DNA of 64,000 nucleotides from Candidatus Eiseniibacteriota bacterium (GTDB lineage: Bacteria; Eisenbacteria; RBG-16-71-46; JABDJR01): contig CAWANH010000028.1 in the NCBI GenBank assembly GCA_963783375.1, positions 192,001 through 256,000 on the forward strand. The letters run 5' to 3'. Positions 38,342 through 48,524 of the stretch are shown here, piece by piece (the first letter of the stretch is position 1; each line of letters opens with the position of its first letter). The position numbers and the translations under genes are program-made. The notes beneath the pieces were generated by a model. That model did not search any database and was not told where the DNA came from. It saw only the letters and a list, made by a program, of their open reading frames with translations.

Positions 38342-39889
38342 GTGACCGCCGCGCGCCGGTCCTGGCCCTGGCTGCTCGGGCTCGTGGTCCTCGCGATCTA
38401 CACGACCACGTTCGGCCGGATCCATACCTGGGATGCCATGGCCTACGCGGCCCGGGCCGCCGGGAACCCCCTGGTCTCCGAACGGTTCCTCTCCACGACC
38501 TTCTGGCACCCCCATCATCTCCTCTACATGGCCCTGGCCTCGGGCTGGCTCCGGGCCCTCGGAACCCTGGGCGACTCCGACCCCACCGGACTCGGGTCGC
38601 TCCAGCTTCTTTCCGCGCTCTTCGGGGCGGGCGCGGTCGTCCTCACCGCGCTCATCGTGCGACGGACGTCGGGGAGCGACTTCCGCGCGCTCGTCGCCGC
38701 CCTGGGGGCGGGGCTCTCCAGCGCACTCTGGCGATACTCCACCGCGGTCGAGGTCATGACCGCCTCGCTCTTCTTCCTTCTCCTCGGCGCCTACCTGCTC
38801 CTGGACCGGAAACGGACCTCCCGCGGAATCCTGGCCGGAGTGTCGCTGGCCGCGGCGATCCTTCTCCACCAGATCGCCGTGTTCTTCGTGGCCGCGTTCC
38901 TGGCCGCACTGTTTCCCCGGTCGCTCCATCACCGGGGGGAGCGGAAATTCCTGTGGGCGGCGGCACTCCTGGCGGCGGGCCTGGTCGTCGGCATCTACCT
39001 GGCGGTGGGGCGGGCCGGGGCGGGGATCACCACCGCGTCCGGTTTCGCCGACTGGATGACCCGGGTGCGGGAGCGGGCCCGTTTCGAGGCCACGCCGCTC
39101 GTCCGGACCCTGGTCTTCACCGCCCGCACCATGGTCGCGGCGTTCGTGTCCCCCGAACCCCTCGTCGCCCTCCGTCACCAGGGGATGAGCGCGTGGGCGG
39201 TGGCCGGAAGCGCGCTCTCGCTCTTCGCCGGGGGCGGGCTGGCCGCCGTCGCCTTCCGGCTCCGCCGCGGGGCGCGGACCGCATCCCCCGGCGACGCGCC
39301 CTGGTTCCTGGGACTGGTCCTGGGCGGCGTCCTCACCGCCCTCTTCATCGCCTGGTTCGAGCCCCTGAACCTCGAGTACGCGGTGTACCTCGTCCCCTTC
39401 GTGTGGATCGGGATCGCGGGTGGAGCCCCGGCGCTTCGGACCGGCCGCCTGGTTCCGGCGGCGGCGCTCCTCGCCCTGGCCGCGGCCAACCTCGCCGGCT
39501 CGATCCTCCCCGAACGGAACGCGGGGAACGCCCCCTACCGCGACCTCCAGGCCTTTGCCGGGGAGACCCTCCGGCCGGGAGACGTCTTCATCCTGGGCCG
39601 CGACGACGGCTCGATGCAGATGGCCCTCATGGTCTTTCCGCTCATGAGCGGAACGCGCACCCTGGCCTATCCCGCCGGCGCCCCGCCCGCCGCCGAGGCG
39701 CGCTATCGGGAGGAGATCCGCCGGGCGCTTCCCTCCCCCGGCCGGCCCGGTCCGAGGGTCTTCGGGCTTCGGGAAGCCCTCCCGGAGGCGCGCGCCGCAT
39801 CCCCGGTTCCGTTGAGCGCGAACCCGGTGGGCCGGCTCCGGGGAAAGACGGTGGTCGAACTCCTCGCGCGACCTCGGGTGATACACTGA
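38342..39889 (+). CDS. Polytopic membrane protein, GT-C/ArnT-PMT-like glycosyltransferase
   Basis: WDAMAY, HPHHLLY, WRYSTAVEV, LAAAILLHQ motifs and more than 10 hydrophobic segments. Confidence 0.6.
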   Translation: MTAARRSWPWLLGLVVLAIYTTTFGRIHTWDAMAYAARAAGNPLVSERFLSTTFWHPHHLLYMALASGWLRALGTLGDSDPTGLGSLQLLSALFGAGAVVLTALIVRRTSGSDFRALVAALGAGLSSALWRYSTAVEVMTASLFFLLLGAYLLLDRKRTSRGILAGVSLAAAILLHQIAVFFVAAFLAALFPRSLHHRGERKFLWAAALLAAGLVVGIYLAVGRAGAGITTASGFADWMTRVRERARFEATPLVRTLVFTARTMVAAFVSPEPLVALRHQGMSAWAVAGSALSLFAGGGLAAVAFRLRRGARTASPGDAPWFLGLVLGGVLTALFIAWFEPLNLEYAVYLVPFVWIGIAGGAPALRTGRLVPAAALLALAAANLAGSILPERNAGNAPYRDLQAFAGETLRPGDVFILGRDDGSMQMALMVFPLMSGTRTLAYPAGAPPAAEARYREEIRRALPSPGRPGPRVFGLREALPEARAASPVPLSANPVGRLRGKTVVELLARPRVIH

Positions 39890-39984
39890 AGCGAACCGGA
39901 TCCGACACGGCGGTCCGAGCCCCAAGCCGCGCCGTCCATCGACCCATCATCCACCCGACCCTTATCTGGAGACGTGTTCACATC

Positions 39985-41484
39985 ATGAAGAAACCCGATT
40001 TCAAGACTTTGGGGGCGCTTCGCGAGGCCCGCTATCCCGACCGGACGGTGAAGGAGGAGATGCGGGCCAACCTCCTCATCGCCCTCCGCGAACGCCGCAA
40101 GATGTTTCCCGGCATCGTGGGCTACGACGAAACGGTGGTCCCTGAGCTCACGAACGCGGTCCTGGCCCGGCACGATTTCATCCTCCTCGGACTCCGCGGA
40201 CAGGCCAAGACGCGGATCCTCAGGGGGCTGGTGGACTTCCTGGACGAATGGATCCCGGTGGTGAAGGACTCGGAGATCAACGACCATCCCTTTCACCCGG
40301 TGAGCGCCCCGGCGCGGCGCGCGGCCGCCGAGGCCGGAGACGACCTGGAGATCGAGTGGATCCCCCGCGAGCTCCGCTACCAGGAGAAACTGGCCACCCC
40401 GGACGTGACCATCGCGGACCTCATCGGGGACATCGACCCGGTGAAGGCGGCCAAGCTCAAGCTCTCCTTCTCCAGCGAGGACGCGATCCACTACGGGCTG
40501 GTGCCGCGGGCCAATCGGGGAATCTTCGCCATCAACGAGCTCCCCGACCTCCAGCCACGGATCCAGGTCGGGCTCCTGAACATCATGCAGGAGAAGGACA
40601 TTCAGATCCGGGGATTCCCGGTGCGGCTCCCCCTCGATCTCTGCATCGTCTACAGCGCCAACCCCGAGGACTACACCAACCGCGGGAACATCATCACGCC
40701 CCTGAAGGACCGGATCGACAGCCAGATCCTCACCCACTATCCGCGGGACGTCGCCGAGGCGCGCACCATCACCGACCAGGAAGCGTGGACGGTGCGGGAG
40801 GAGATCGAGGTCGTCCTCCCCGACTACCTGCGCGACGCGGTGGAGCGGATCGCCTTCGAGGCGCGGAAGAGCGAGTACGTGGACCAGACCTCCGGGGTCT
40901 CGGCCCGGCTCCCCATCACCGCCATGGAGTGCGTGATCTCGAACCTGGAACGGCGGGCGGCGGCGACCGGGGAGAAGAAGGTGGTGGCCCGGGTCTCCGA
41001 CCTCCAGTCCGCGGTCCCCGCCATCACCGGGAAGATCGAGCTGGTCTACGAAGGCGAGCAGGAAGGGCCGCTCAAGGTGGCCAAGTACCTGATCGGGCGG
41101 GCGGTGAAGGGCGCGTTCGAGGAGCGTCTCCCCCAGGTGCACCCCCCGCGGAAGCGCGGCCGGAAATCCGAGGCCCCCGCCGCCCCCGAGCCGGCCAGCC
41201 CCTACCGGCCGGTCATGGAATGGTTCTCCCACGGGACGCGACTGGAACTGGCCGATTCGATGACCGCCCAGGAGCACCTGGCCGCCCTGCGAACGATCCC
41301 CGGGCTGGAGGAGATCACCCGGAAGCACCTGGACGCGGTCGAGGGGCCGGAGCTGGGGGCGGCGATGGAGTTCGTCCTGGAGGGGCTCCACCAGTCGAGC
41401 GTCCTGGCCAAGGAGGAGACCGAGGGCCGAAAGGTCTTCCTGGACATGTTCCAGACCATGTTCTCCGGCCTGGAAGAGAGCTGA
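39985..41484 (+). CDS. AAA+ ATPase, magnesium chelatase ChlI-like
   Basis: GLRGQAKT Walker A variant, ANRGIFAINELPDL, SANPEDYTNRG; followed by a VWA gene. Confidence 0.88.
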   Translation: MKKPDFKTLGALREARYPDRTVKEEMRANLLIALRERRKMFPGIVGYDETVVPELTNAVLARHDFILLGLRGQAKTRILRGLVDFLDEWIPVVKDSEINDHPFHPVSAPARRAAAEAGDDLEIEWIPRELRYQEKLATPDVTIADLIGDIDPVKAAKLKLSFSSEDAIHYGLVPRANRGIFAINELPDLQPRIQVGLLNIMQEKDIQIRGFPVRLPLDLCIVYSANPEDYTNRGNIITPLKDRIDSQILTHYPRDVAEARTITDQEAWTVREEIEVVLPDYLRDAVERIAFEARKSEYVDQTSGVSARLPITAMECVISNLERRAAATGEKKVVARVSDLQSAVPAITGKIELVYEGEQEGPLKVAKYLIGRAVKGAFEERLPQVHPPRKRGRKSEAPAAPEPASPYRPVMEWFSHGTRLELADSMTAQEHLAALRTIPGLEEITRKHLDAVEGPELGAAMEFVLEGLHQSSVLAKEETEGRKVFLDMFQTMFSGLEES

Positions 41485-41488
41485 TCCG

Positions 41489-42574
41489 GTGCGCTTCGCC
41501 TACCTGGAATGGGACGACGCCTTCCGCCGGTTCGTCCAGAGCATGGAAAACCTGCGGAAGCTCTTCTACCAGCTCCTGCTGCGCACCGACGGGGACGTGG
41601 ACGAGGCGCTTCGCTGGCTGGAAGAACTCCAGGCCCGGGGCTACCTCCCCGAGGACTGGGATCTGGAGGCGTTCAAGCGCCAGCTCCAGGAGGACAACCT
41701 GGTCGAGGAGGGCGAGGGAGGTCTCAAGCTCACCCGGAAGGGGGAGCGGGCCATCCGCCGGGAATCCCTGGAGCTCATCTTCGGGGGCCTTCGCAAGGGC
41801 ATGGCCGGCCACCACCGGACCACCCATACCGGGGCCGGGGGCGAGCGGCTCTCGGAGACCCGCGCCTTCCACTTCGGGGACAATCTCGCCGACCTCGATC
41901 ATCCGGGGACGGTGAAGAACGCGCTTCGCCGGGGCATCGAGGACATCGCCATCACCGAGGACGACTTCGAGGTCTTCGAGACCGAGCACAAGACCTCGGT
42001 GGCCACGGTATTGCTGTTGGACGTGAGCCACAGCATGGTGCTCTACGGGGAGGACCGGATGACCCCGGCCAAGACCGTGGCCCTGGCCCTGGCCGAGCTG
42101 ATCATGGTCCGCTACCCCAAGGACGACCTCGAGGTGGTGCTCTTCGGGGACGACGCCCGGCAGGTGCCGCTGGAGGAGCTCCCCTACACCGGCGCCGGCC
42201 CCTACCACACCAACACCAAGGCCGGCCTCCGCATGGCCCAGCAGATCCTCCGCCGCAAACGCCACGCCCAGAAACAGATCTTCATGATCACCGACGGGAA
42301 GCCCTCCTGCATCTGGGAGGAAGGCCGGCTCTACAAGAACGCCTTCGGGCTCGACCCCAAGATCGTGAACCGCACCCTGGACGAGGCCGTGCTCTGCCGC
42401 CGCCGGGGCATCCCGATCACCACCTTCATGGTGGCCCAGGACTCCTGGCTGGTGGACTTCGTGGAGCAGCTCACCCGGATGAACCACGGGCGGGCCTACT
42501 TCACCGGGCTGGACGACCTCGGGGGCTACGTCTTCCAGGACTTCGTCCGGAACCGGAAGAAACGGGTGCGGTGA
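41489..42574 (+). CDS. VWA domain protein (partner of the AAA ATPase)
   Basis: LLLDVSHSM MIDAS motif, TNT, MITDGKPS. Confidence 0.9.
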   Translation: MRFAYLEWDDAFRRFVQSMENLRKLFYQLLLRTDGDVDEALRWLEELQARGYLPEDWDLEAFKRQLQEDNLVEEGEGGLKLTRKGERAIRRESLELIFGGLRKGMAGHHRTTHTGAGGERLSETRAFHFGDNLADLDHPGTVKNALRRGIEDIAITEDDFEVFETEHKTSVATVLLLDVSHSMVLYGEDRMTPAKTVALALAELIMVRYPKDDLEVVLFGDDARQVPLEELPYTGAGPYHTNTKAGLRMAQQILRRKRHAQKQIFMITDGKPSCIWEEGRLYKNAFGLDPKIVNRTLDEAVLCRRRGIPITTFMVAQDSWLVDFVEQLTRMNHGRAYFTGLDDLGGYVFQDFVRNRKKRVR

Positions 42575-43800
42575 ACGCGCGCGGGCTCCCATCGCCGGTG
42601 ATCCTGGGGGCGGTCTGCCTGGTCGTCGGGGCCGCCGCCGCCGGCACGCCCTCGGATTCCGGGTCCGGCCAGACCGTCGACTGGGTCTGGTCCGTCGCCG
42701 CGCAACACCTGTGCTGTCCCGAGGCCGCGGCCCGCCTCACCGGCCCGGCTCACGCCGCCCTGCTGCGCGCGGCCGCGGCGGCGCCGGACGATCGTGCGGT
42801 CGTCGACAGCATCAACGTCTTTCTCCGCGGCCTGGGGCTCTCGCACACCGAGCTCCTGACTCCGGCCGACGTCGAGTACCATCTGTTCCTGGGCCTGAGC
42901 CTGAGTGAGCCGGTCTCCCATATCGGCATGCAAACCCGGAGGGAAGGGGGAAGCCACCGGATCCTGGCGGTGTGGGATGGGTTACCCGCCGACCTGGCCG
43001 GGCTCCGCCGCGGCGATCTCGTCGTCGCCGCCGATGGGGAGCCCTTCGAGCCGATCCTCTCCTTCACGGGAGGGACCGCGCGAACCCTGACCGTGCTCCG
43101 GGGCGCCGACACCCTGCGGGTGCGGGTCGAGCCGGTATCGGAAACGATCCCCGAATCGCTCCGCCGGGCGACCCTGAACAGCGTGCGGCGTATCCGGACC
43201 GGGGACGCAGAGTTCGGATATCTCCACGTCTGGACCTGTCTGGACACCACGCTCAGGGCCGGGCTCCCGCGCATCCTTGAAGGAGAGCTGGCGGGGGTGG
43301 ACGGGCTCATCCTCGACCTGCGAAACGGATTCGGCGGCTGGTGGCAGGCCTGCCTCGGCCCGTTCTTCGGAGAGGGCACCGCGTACTCCACGGCGATCGT
43401 CCGCTACCGGTCGGGAGCCAGAGACACGCTTCGCTACGCGGCCCGGGACGAAGCCGCGGAGTACGCGGGGCCCCTTGTCGTCCTGATCAACGAGGGATCC
43501 CGGTCCGGCCTCGAGTGCCTCGCCTACGACCTGCGCCGTCGGGAGCGGACCTGGCTGGTCGGGGCGCGCACCTCCGGGGCGGTGCTGGGCGCGAGATGGT
43601 GGTTCTCCCCCATTGACGATCTGGTCCTGTATCTGCCGGTGAACACCTTGGAGCTGAACGGGGAGACCTTGGAAGGGAAAGGGGTCCGGCCCGATCTCCC
43701 GGTACTCTACCCCGCGGATGATCATCTGGCTCCGGACCCTCAGTTCCACGCGGCGGTGGAGCTGCTGAAAGCCGAAGAGTCCTCCGCTCCACTGCGCTGA
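42571..43800 (+). CDS. S41 family peptidase with PDZ domain
   Basis: GTG overlapping upstream TGA; PADLAGLRRGD PDZ, GYLHV, LILDLRNGFGG, VVLINEGSRSGLE, VGARTSG, LEGKGVRPD. Confidence 0.8.
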   Translation: MNARGLPSPVILGAVCLVVGAAAAGTPSDSGSGQTVDWVWSVAAQHLCCPEAAARLTGPAHAALLRAAAAAPDDRAVVDSINVFLRGLGLSHTELLTPADVEYHLFLGLSLSEPVSHIGMQTRREGGSHRILAVWDGLPADLAGLRRGDLVVAADGEPFEPILSFTGGTARTLTVLRGADTLRVRVEPVSETIPESLRRATLNSVRRIRTGDAEFGYLHVWTCLDTTLRAGLPRILEGELAGVDGLILDLRNGFGGWWQACLGPFFGEGTAYSTAIVRYRSGARDTLRYAARDEAAEYAGPLVVLINEGSRSGLECLAYDLRRRERTWLVGARTSGAVLGARWWFSPIDDLVLYLPVNTLELNGETLEGKGVRPDLPVLYPADDHLAPDPQFHAAVELLKAEESSAPLR

Positions 43801-43880
43801 GACCCGGAGACCCGCCCGAATCTCGCGGACCGGGCGGGACCGCGCGCCGGGGCCTCGGAGGGCGGACCGAAGCGCGCGGA

Positions 43881-45536
43881 CTATCCCTGGAACTGCAACG
43901 CCCGCACGTTCCGCCGGACCCGCCGTCCCTCCCATTGCTCCAGCAGATAGGCGATCCCCACCAGGGCCAGGAGGAATAGGCCGGTCCGGACCGTGCTCGG
44001 GTAGACCCAGGCGCTCAGGGCGGGAACCCCGGCCACCGCGAACAGCACCGTGGCCATCCCCACCAGGATCCATGCCCCGATCAAACGCCCCGACCGCTCC
44101 CCGCGCTTGGCCGGCTTGGAGAAGGGAAGGCTGGGATCGAAGACGTTTCCGAGCTGGAGGGAGAAGAGGGTGAAGGCGCCGAGGATGACCAGGTGGATGA
44201 AGGCGTGCAGGGGATTGTGGAAGAACCAGCCCAGGATCACCCACAACAACGTGAGATAGGGCACCACGAAGTAGAGCATGACGAAGTTCCGGGAGGCGGC
44301 GATGATCCGCTCGGGACGGGACGGGGTGGCAAAGTACACCCAGCTCGCGGCGTAGGAGTCGCTGGCGGCCAGGCCCTGGCGAAGCATGCTGGGGAAGAGC
44401 AGCACGGCCAGGTAGATCAGGGTTCCCCGGCCGTCGCCGGAATGATGCCCCCTCACGAACGGGTCGGCCAACGGACCCTCGCGAAGGCTCATGAACAGGT
44501 AGAGGAAGGTGAGGGGGAGGATGCCCAGGATGGTGAGCCGGAACTTCTGGTCGTACTTGAACTGGGTCTGGATCAGGAGCGCCACCGCCCGCTCCTCGTT
44601 CCGGCGGAAGAAGGGCATCCGACGGGTGATGCTCCGCTGGGGGCGCTTGTCTTCCTCGGCCCCGGCGGTCAGCCGCGCCAGGCTCTCCGAGTAGTCCAGG
44701 GAGAGCTTTCCGGTGATCTGGCGGACCAGGAGCGCCAGCACCAGCAAGGTGATGAGCGCCACCACCCCGTAGGAGAGCCGCCAATTCCCGCGGGCCAGCT
44801 CCAGGTAGGCGGCGAACCAGGTGGCGGGATGGAGCAGCATGAGAGGGCTCTCGGGGAGGGTCATCCCCTTGACCCCCTGCCGGGAGATCAACTCGGGCAC
44901 GAACATGTATCCCCCGTAGATCACGAAGGACATGAGGAGCTGCACGTAGGAGAGAATCCGGCGAAGCTTCTCCGGGTGCACGAAGCGCACGATGGCGGTG
45001 TAGGCCAACGCCATGGCCAGGGCCACGCTGATCCCGCAGAGGGCGGAGGCGGCCATCGCGGCCAGGCCCACCAGGGGACGGAACCCCAGGGTGAAGAAGT
45101 AGGCGACGACCGGAAGCAACCCCACCACCGCGGTGAAACCGGCGGTGTAGATCAGGAAGTGGGCGATCTTGGCGAAGAAATAGGTCCGCGAGGAGAGCGG
45201 ACGGTAGCCCAGGACCCCGAATTCGTCCGGGGAGGTGATGATGGAGTAGAACTCCATGAGCACCACCGCCCCCACCATGACCATGAGGTAGGTCAGGTAT
45301 ACGGTGCCGGTGAAGAGGAGGCTCTTGTTGGCCAGGATGAGGGCGGCCAGAAACCCCCCGGCCACCGTGTACATGAGGAATAGGAAGAAGAGGGCCCGCG
45401 CCCCGGTGGCGCCTTCCCCCCGGTTGCTCATCGCCCCCAGGCTCACCCCGCGGAAATCCAGCCTCAGGAAAAGCCGGAGCAGCACGCGGAACTGGTCGGG
45501 GTCCACGCCCCAGCGGTCCAGGAGACGGTCCGGCAT
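43881..45536 (-). CDS. ABC-2 type permease-like polytopic membrane protein
   Basis: About 12 TM segments; TGATG coupling to the upstream ABC ATPase; LGYRPLSSRTYFFAK. Confidence 0.75.
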   Translation of the reverse strand: MPDRLLDRWGVDPDQFRVLLRLFLRLDFRGVSLGAMSNRGEGATGARALFFLFLMYTVAGGFLAALILANKSLLFTGTVYLTYLMVMVGAVVLMEFYSIITSPDEFGVLGYRPLSSRTYFFAKIAHFLIYTAGFTAVVGLLPVVAYFFTLGFRPLVGLAAMAASALCGISVALAMALAYTAIVRFVHPEKLRRILSYVQLLMSFVIYGGYMFVPELISRQGVKGMTLPESPLMLLHPATWFAAYLELARGNWRLSYGVVALITLLVLALLVRQITGKLSLDYSESLARLTAGAEEDKRPQRSITRRMPFFRRNEERAVALLIQTQFKYDQKFRLTILGILPLTFLYLFMSLREGPLADPFVRGHHSGDGRGTLIYLAVLLFPSMLRQGLAASDSYAASWVYFATPSRPERIIAASRNFVMLYFVVPYLTLLWVILGWFFHNPLHAFIHLVILGAFTLFSLQLGNVFDPSLPFSKPAKRGERSGRLIGAWILVGMATVLFAVAGVPALSAWVYPSTVRTGLFLLALVGIAYLLEQWEGRRVRRNVRALQFQG

Positions 45537-46303
45537 CAGACCTTGTCCAGGGCGGCCAGGAACTCCGTGGTGGCCAGGCCGACGTCGCCGCCCCCGGTGA
45601 GCTTCCTGAACGCGTCCTCCAGGGTGGAGCTTCCGGTGGCGCGGGCGATCTCGTCGAAGGTCCCGTCCACCACCTTCCGCCCCTCGTTGATGATGGCGAT
45701 CCGGGTGCACATCCGCTCCACCACCTCCAGGATGTGGGAGGAGAAGAAGATGGTGCGGCCCTGGGCGGCCAGCCGCTTCAGCAGCTCCTTGACGATCATC
45801 GCGGCGTTGGCGTCGAGCCCGTTCAGCGGCTCGTCCAGGAACAGCACCTCGGGGTTGTTGAGGAGGGCGGCGGAGAGGAGCACCTTCTGCTTCATGCCCT
45901 TGGAAAACCCGGTCATGCGCCGGTCCCGCGCGTCGAGAATGCCGAAGAGATCCAGGAACTCCTCGATCCGCTGGGCGGTCCGCGCCGGTTCGAGGTGGTG
46001 GAGCCCGCCCACCATCTCCAGGTACTCCCCGGCGGTGAGGTTCTCGAACAGGGCCCCGGACTCCGGCACGTAGCCGATCCGGCGTTTGACCTCCACCGGC
46101 TCCTCCACCACGTCGAATCCCGCCACCCGGGCGTGGCCGTCGGTGGCCCGGAGCATTCCGGTGAGGATCTTGACCGTGGTGGTCTTCCCCGCCCCGTTGG
46201 GACCGAGGAATCCGAAGATTTCCCCCCGCTCCACTCTCAGGTCCAGCTCCGCCACGGCGAGGGTGCTTCCGAAGACCTTGGTCAGTTTTTCGGTCTCAAT
46301 CAT
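45536..46303 (-). CDS. ABC transporter ATP-binding protein
   Basis: GPNGAGKTT, FSKGMKQK, LDEPLNGLD, SSHIL. Confidence 0.93.
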   Translation of the reverse strand: MIETEKLTKVFGSTLAVAELDLRVERGEIFGFLGPNGAGKTTTVKILTGMLRATDGHARVAGFDVVEEPVEVKRRIGYVPESGALFENLTAGEYLEMVGGLHHLEPARTAQRIEEFLDLFGILDARDRRMTGFSKGMKQKVLLSAALLNNPEVLFLDEPLNGLDANAAMIVKELLKRLAAQGRTIFFSSHILEVVERMCTRIAIINEGRKVVDGTFDEIARATGSSTLEDAFRKLTGGGDVGLATTEFLAALDKV

Positions 46304-46520
46304 GGCGTGAATCATACACGTTTTGACCTTTGCGTCCGGGGCCGACCCGGTGCGCCGCGGGGCGGGCGGCGGCTTTCCCCGGCCCGCGGGGCCTCGCCCC
46401 CCCCGGCACCGGCGCCCGCCCGCCGAGGCCTCGGAGATCGCGCGCCCGATCCTCCCCCTTGCGGAATGCGCTCCGACGGTTTCTGATATTCTTCCCGACC
46501 TTTGAAGGAGAACCCGAAGC

Positions 46521-48419
46521 ATGAACACCGGACCCTACCGCGCGCCCGCGCTCGCCCTGATTCTCATTGCCGCGCTCGCCGCTCCCGTCCTCGGCGCCGA
46601 CCGCTCCACCGCCCCGGCCCAGCTCAAGTGGGATCTGTCCGACCTCTACCCGGATTCGACGTCCTGGGCCCGGGCCAAGGACGCCCTCCTGGCCAAGATT
46701 CCGGAGATGGCCGACTACCAGGGCCACCTGGGGGATTCGTCAGGGAGCCTGTTCGATGCGCTTTCCACCCTCATGGACCTCCAGGGGCGCTTCGAGCGGC
46801 TCCGCGCCTACGCCAGCCAGCTCCACGACCAGGACCAGCGGGAGAGCGGACCCCTGGAGATGGTGCAGCAGGCCGAGCAGGCCGGGGTGAAGCTACGCTC
46901 CGCATCCGCCTACGTGCGGCCGGAGATCATCTCCCTCACCCAGGCCAAGGTGGACAGCTTCCTGGCCGCCGACTCCCGGCTCACCCGGTACCGGCCGTAC
47001 CTGAAGAACATCCTGCGATGGGCTCCCCACACCCGCACTCCCGACGAGGAGAGGATCGTGGCCCAGGCCGGGCTCATGACCGGGGCGGGTGAGGCCGTCC
47101 ACTCCATCTTCACCAACGCCGAGCTTCCCTACCCCACCGTGGTCTTCACCCCCGGGGACACGGTGCGGTTGGACGAGCCGGCCTACGAGAAGTACCGCGT
47201 CTCCACCGACCGGGCGGTGAGGACGAAGGCCTTCCACGCCTTCTGGTCGACCTACCAGGGGTTCCGGCGGACCCTGGCCACATCCCTCTACGAGCAGGTG
47301 AAGGCCCACATCTTCGACAAGGAAGTGCACCACTTCGATTCCTGCGTCCAGGACGCCCTGTTCGGGGACGACATCCCGGTCGCGGTCTACCAGGAGCTGG
47401 TCGCCGACGCCCACCGGAGCCTTCCGACCCTGTACCGGTACCTGGAACTTCGAAAGCAGATGCTGGGGTTGGAACGGCTCGGGTACGAGGACCTCTACAC
47501 CCCCATCGTGAAGAACGTGGAGATGAACTACACCCCGCAGCAAGCCATGGACATGACCCTGGACGCGTTCGCGCCGTTGGGAAAGGCCTACGTGGACACC
47601 CTCCGGCACGGATACACCCGGGGCTGGGTGGACTGGCTCCCCAGCACCGGGAAGAGTTCGGGGGCCTACAGCAGCGACGTCTACGGCGTGCATCCCTACC
47701 AGCTCTTGAACTTCAACGGAACCTACGACGACGTCTCTACCCTGGCCCACGAGTCGGGCCACTCCATGCACTCGCTCCTGGCCGACGAGCACCAGCCGTT
47801 CGTGACCCACGACTACTCGACCTTCGTGGCCGAGGTGGCCTCGACCCTGAACGAGAACCTGCTCTTCCACTACGCCCTCGATCACGCCGAGAACGACGAC
47901 CAGCGGCTCTACCTGCTGGGGAGCTACCTGGACAACATGCGCACCACGCTCTTCCGGCAGGTGCTGTTCGCCGAGTTCGAGCTGAAGGTCCACCAGATGG
48001 CCGAGGAAGGCCGGCCCCTGACCGGGGACTCGTTGAACGAGCTGTACCTGTCGCTCCTGAAGCTCTACTACGGGGATTCCCAGGGAGTGTGCAGGATCGA
48101 CGACCTCTACTCGGTGGAGTGGGCCTACGTCCCTCATTTCTACTACGACTTCTATGTCTACCAGTACGCCACCAGCATGGTGGCGTCGATCTCCATCGCC
48201 GACCGGATCCGGACCCAGGAAGCGGCGGGCGACTACGCCGAGCGGGACGCCTACCTGGCCATGCTGTCCTCGGGGAGCGCCAAGTATCCCATCGACCTGT
48301 TGAAGGGCGCCGGGGTGGACATGACCACCTCCGCACCGTTCAACGAGGCCATGAAGGAAATGAACCGGATCATGGACCAGATCGACGTCATCCTGCAGAA
48401 GCGGGACGTGCTAAAATGA
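46521..48419 (+). CDS. pepF: Oligoendopeptidase F (M3B) with signal peptide
   Basis: KWDLSDLY, GKSSGAYS, TLAHESGHSMH, FVAEVASTLNE, PHFYYDFYVYQYAT. Confidence 0.93.
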   Translation: MNTGPYRAPALALILIAALAAPVLGADRSTAPAQLKWDLSDLYPDSTSWARAKDALLAKIPEMADYQGHLGDSSGSLFDALSTLMDLQGRFERLRAYASQLHDQDQRESGPLEMVQQAEQAGVKLRSASAYVRPEIISLTQAKVDSFLAADSRLTRYRPYLKNILRWAPHTRTPDEERIVAQAGLMTGAGEAVHSIFTNAELPYPTVVFTPGDTVRLDEPAYEKYRVSTDRAVRTKAFHAFWSTYQGFRRTLATSLYEQVKAHIFDKEVHHFDSCVQDALFGDDIPVAVYQELVADAHRSLPTLYRYLELRKQMLGLERLGYEDLYTPIVKNVEMNYTPQQAMDMTLDAFAPLGKAYVDTLRHGYTRGWVDWLPSTGKSSGAYSSDVYGVHPYQLLNFNGTYDDVSTLAHESGHSMHSLLADEHQPFVTHDYSTFVAEVASTLNENLLFHYALDHAENDDQRLYLLGSYLDNMRTTLFRQVLFAEFELKVHQMAEEGRPLTGDSLNELYLSLLKLYYGDSQGVCRIDDLYSVEWAYVPHFYYDFYVYQYATSMVASISIADRIRTQEAAGDYAERDAYLAMLSSGSAKYPIDLLKGAGVDMTTSAPFNEAMKEMNRIMDQIDVILQKRDVLK

Positions 48420-48524
48420 CCGTCCCTCTCGGTCCGTCTCTCTCTCGCGCCGCCCGGGCCCGTGGCCCGAGGTTTCTGTTCTGATTCCACTTTCTCACCG
48501 GCGTTTTGCCGTCGAGGATCCCAC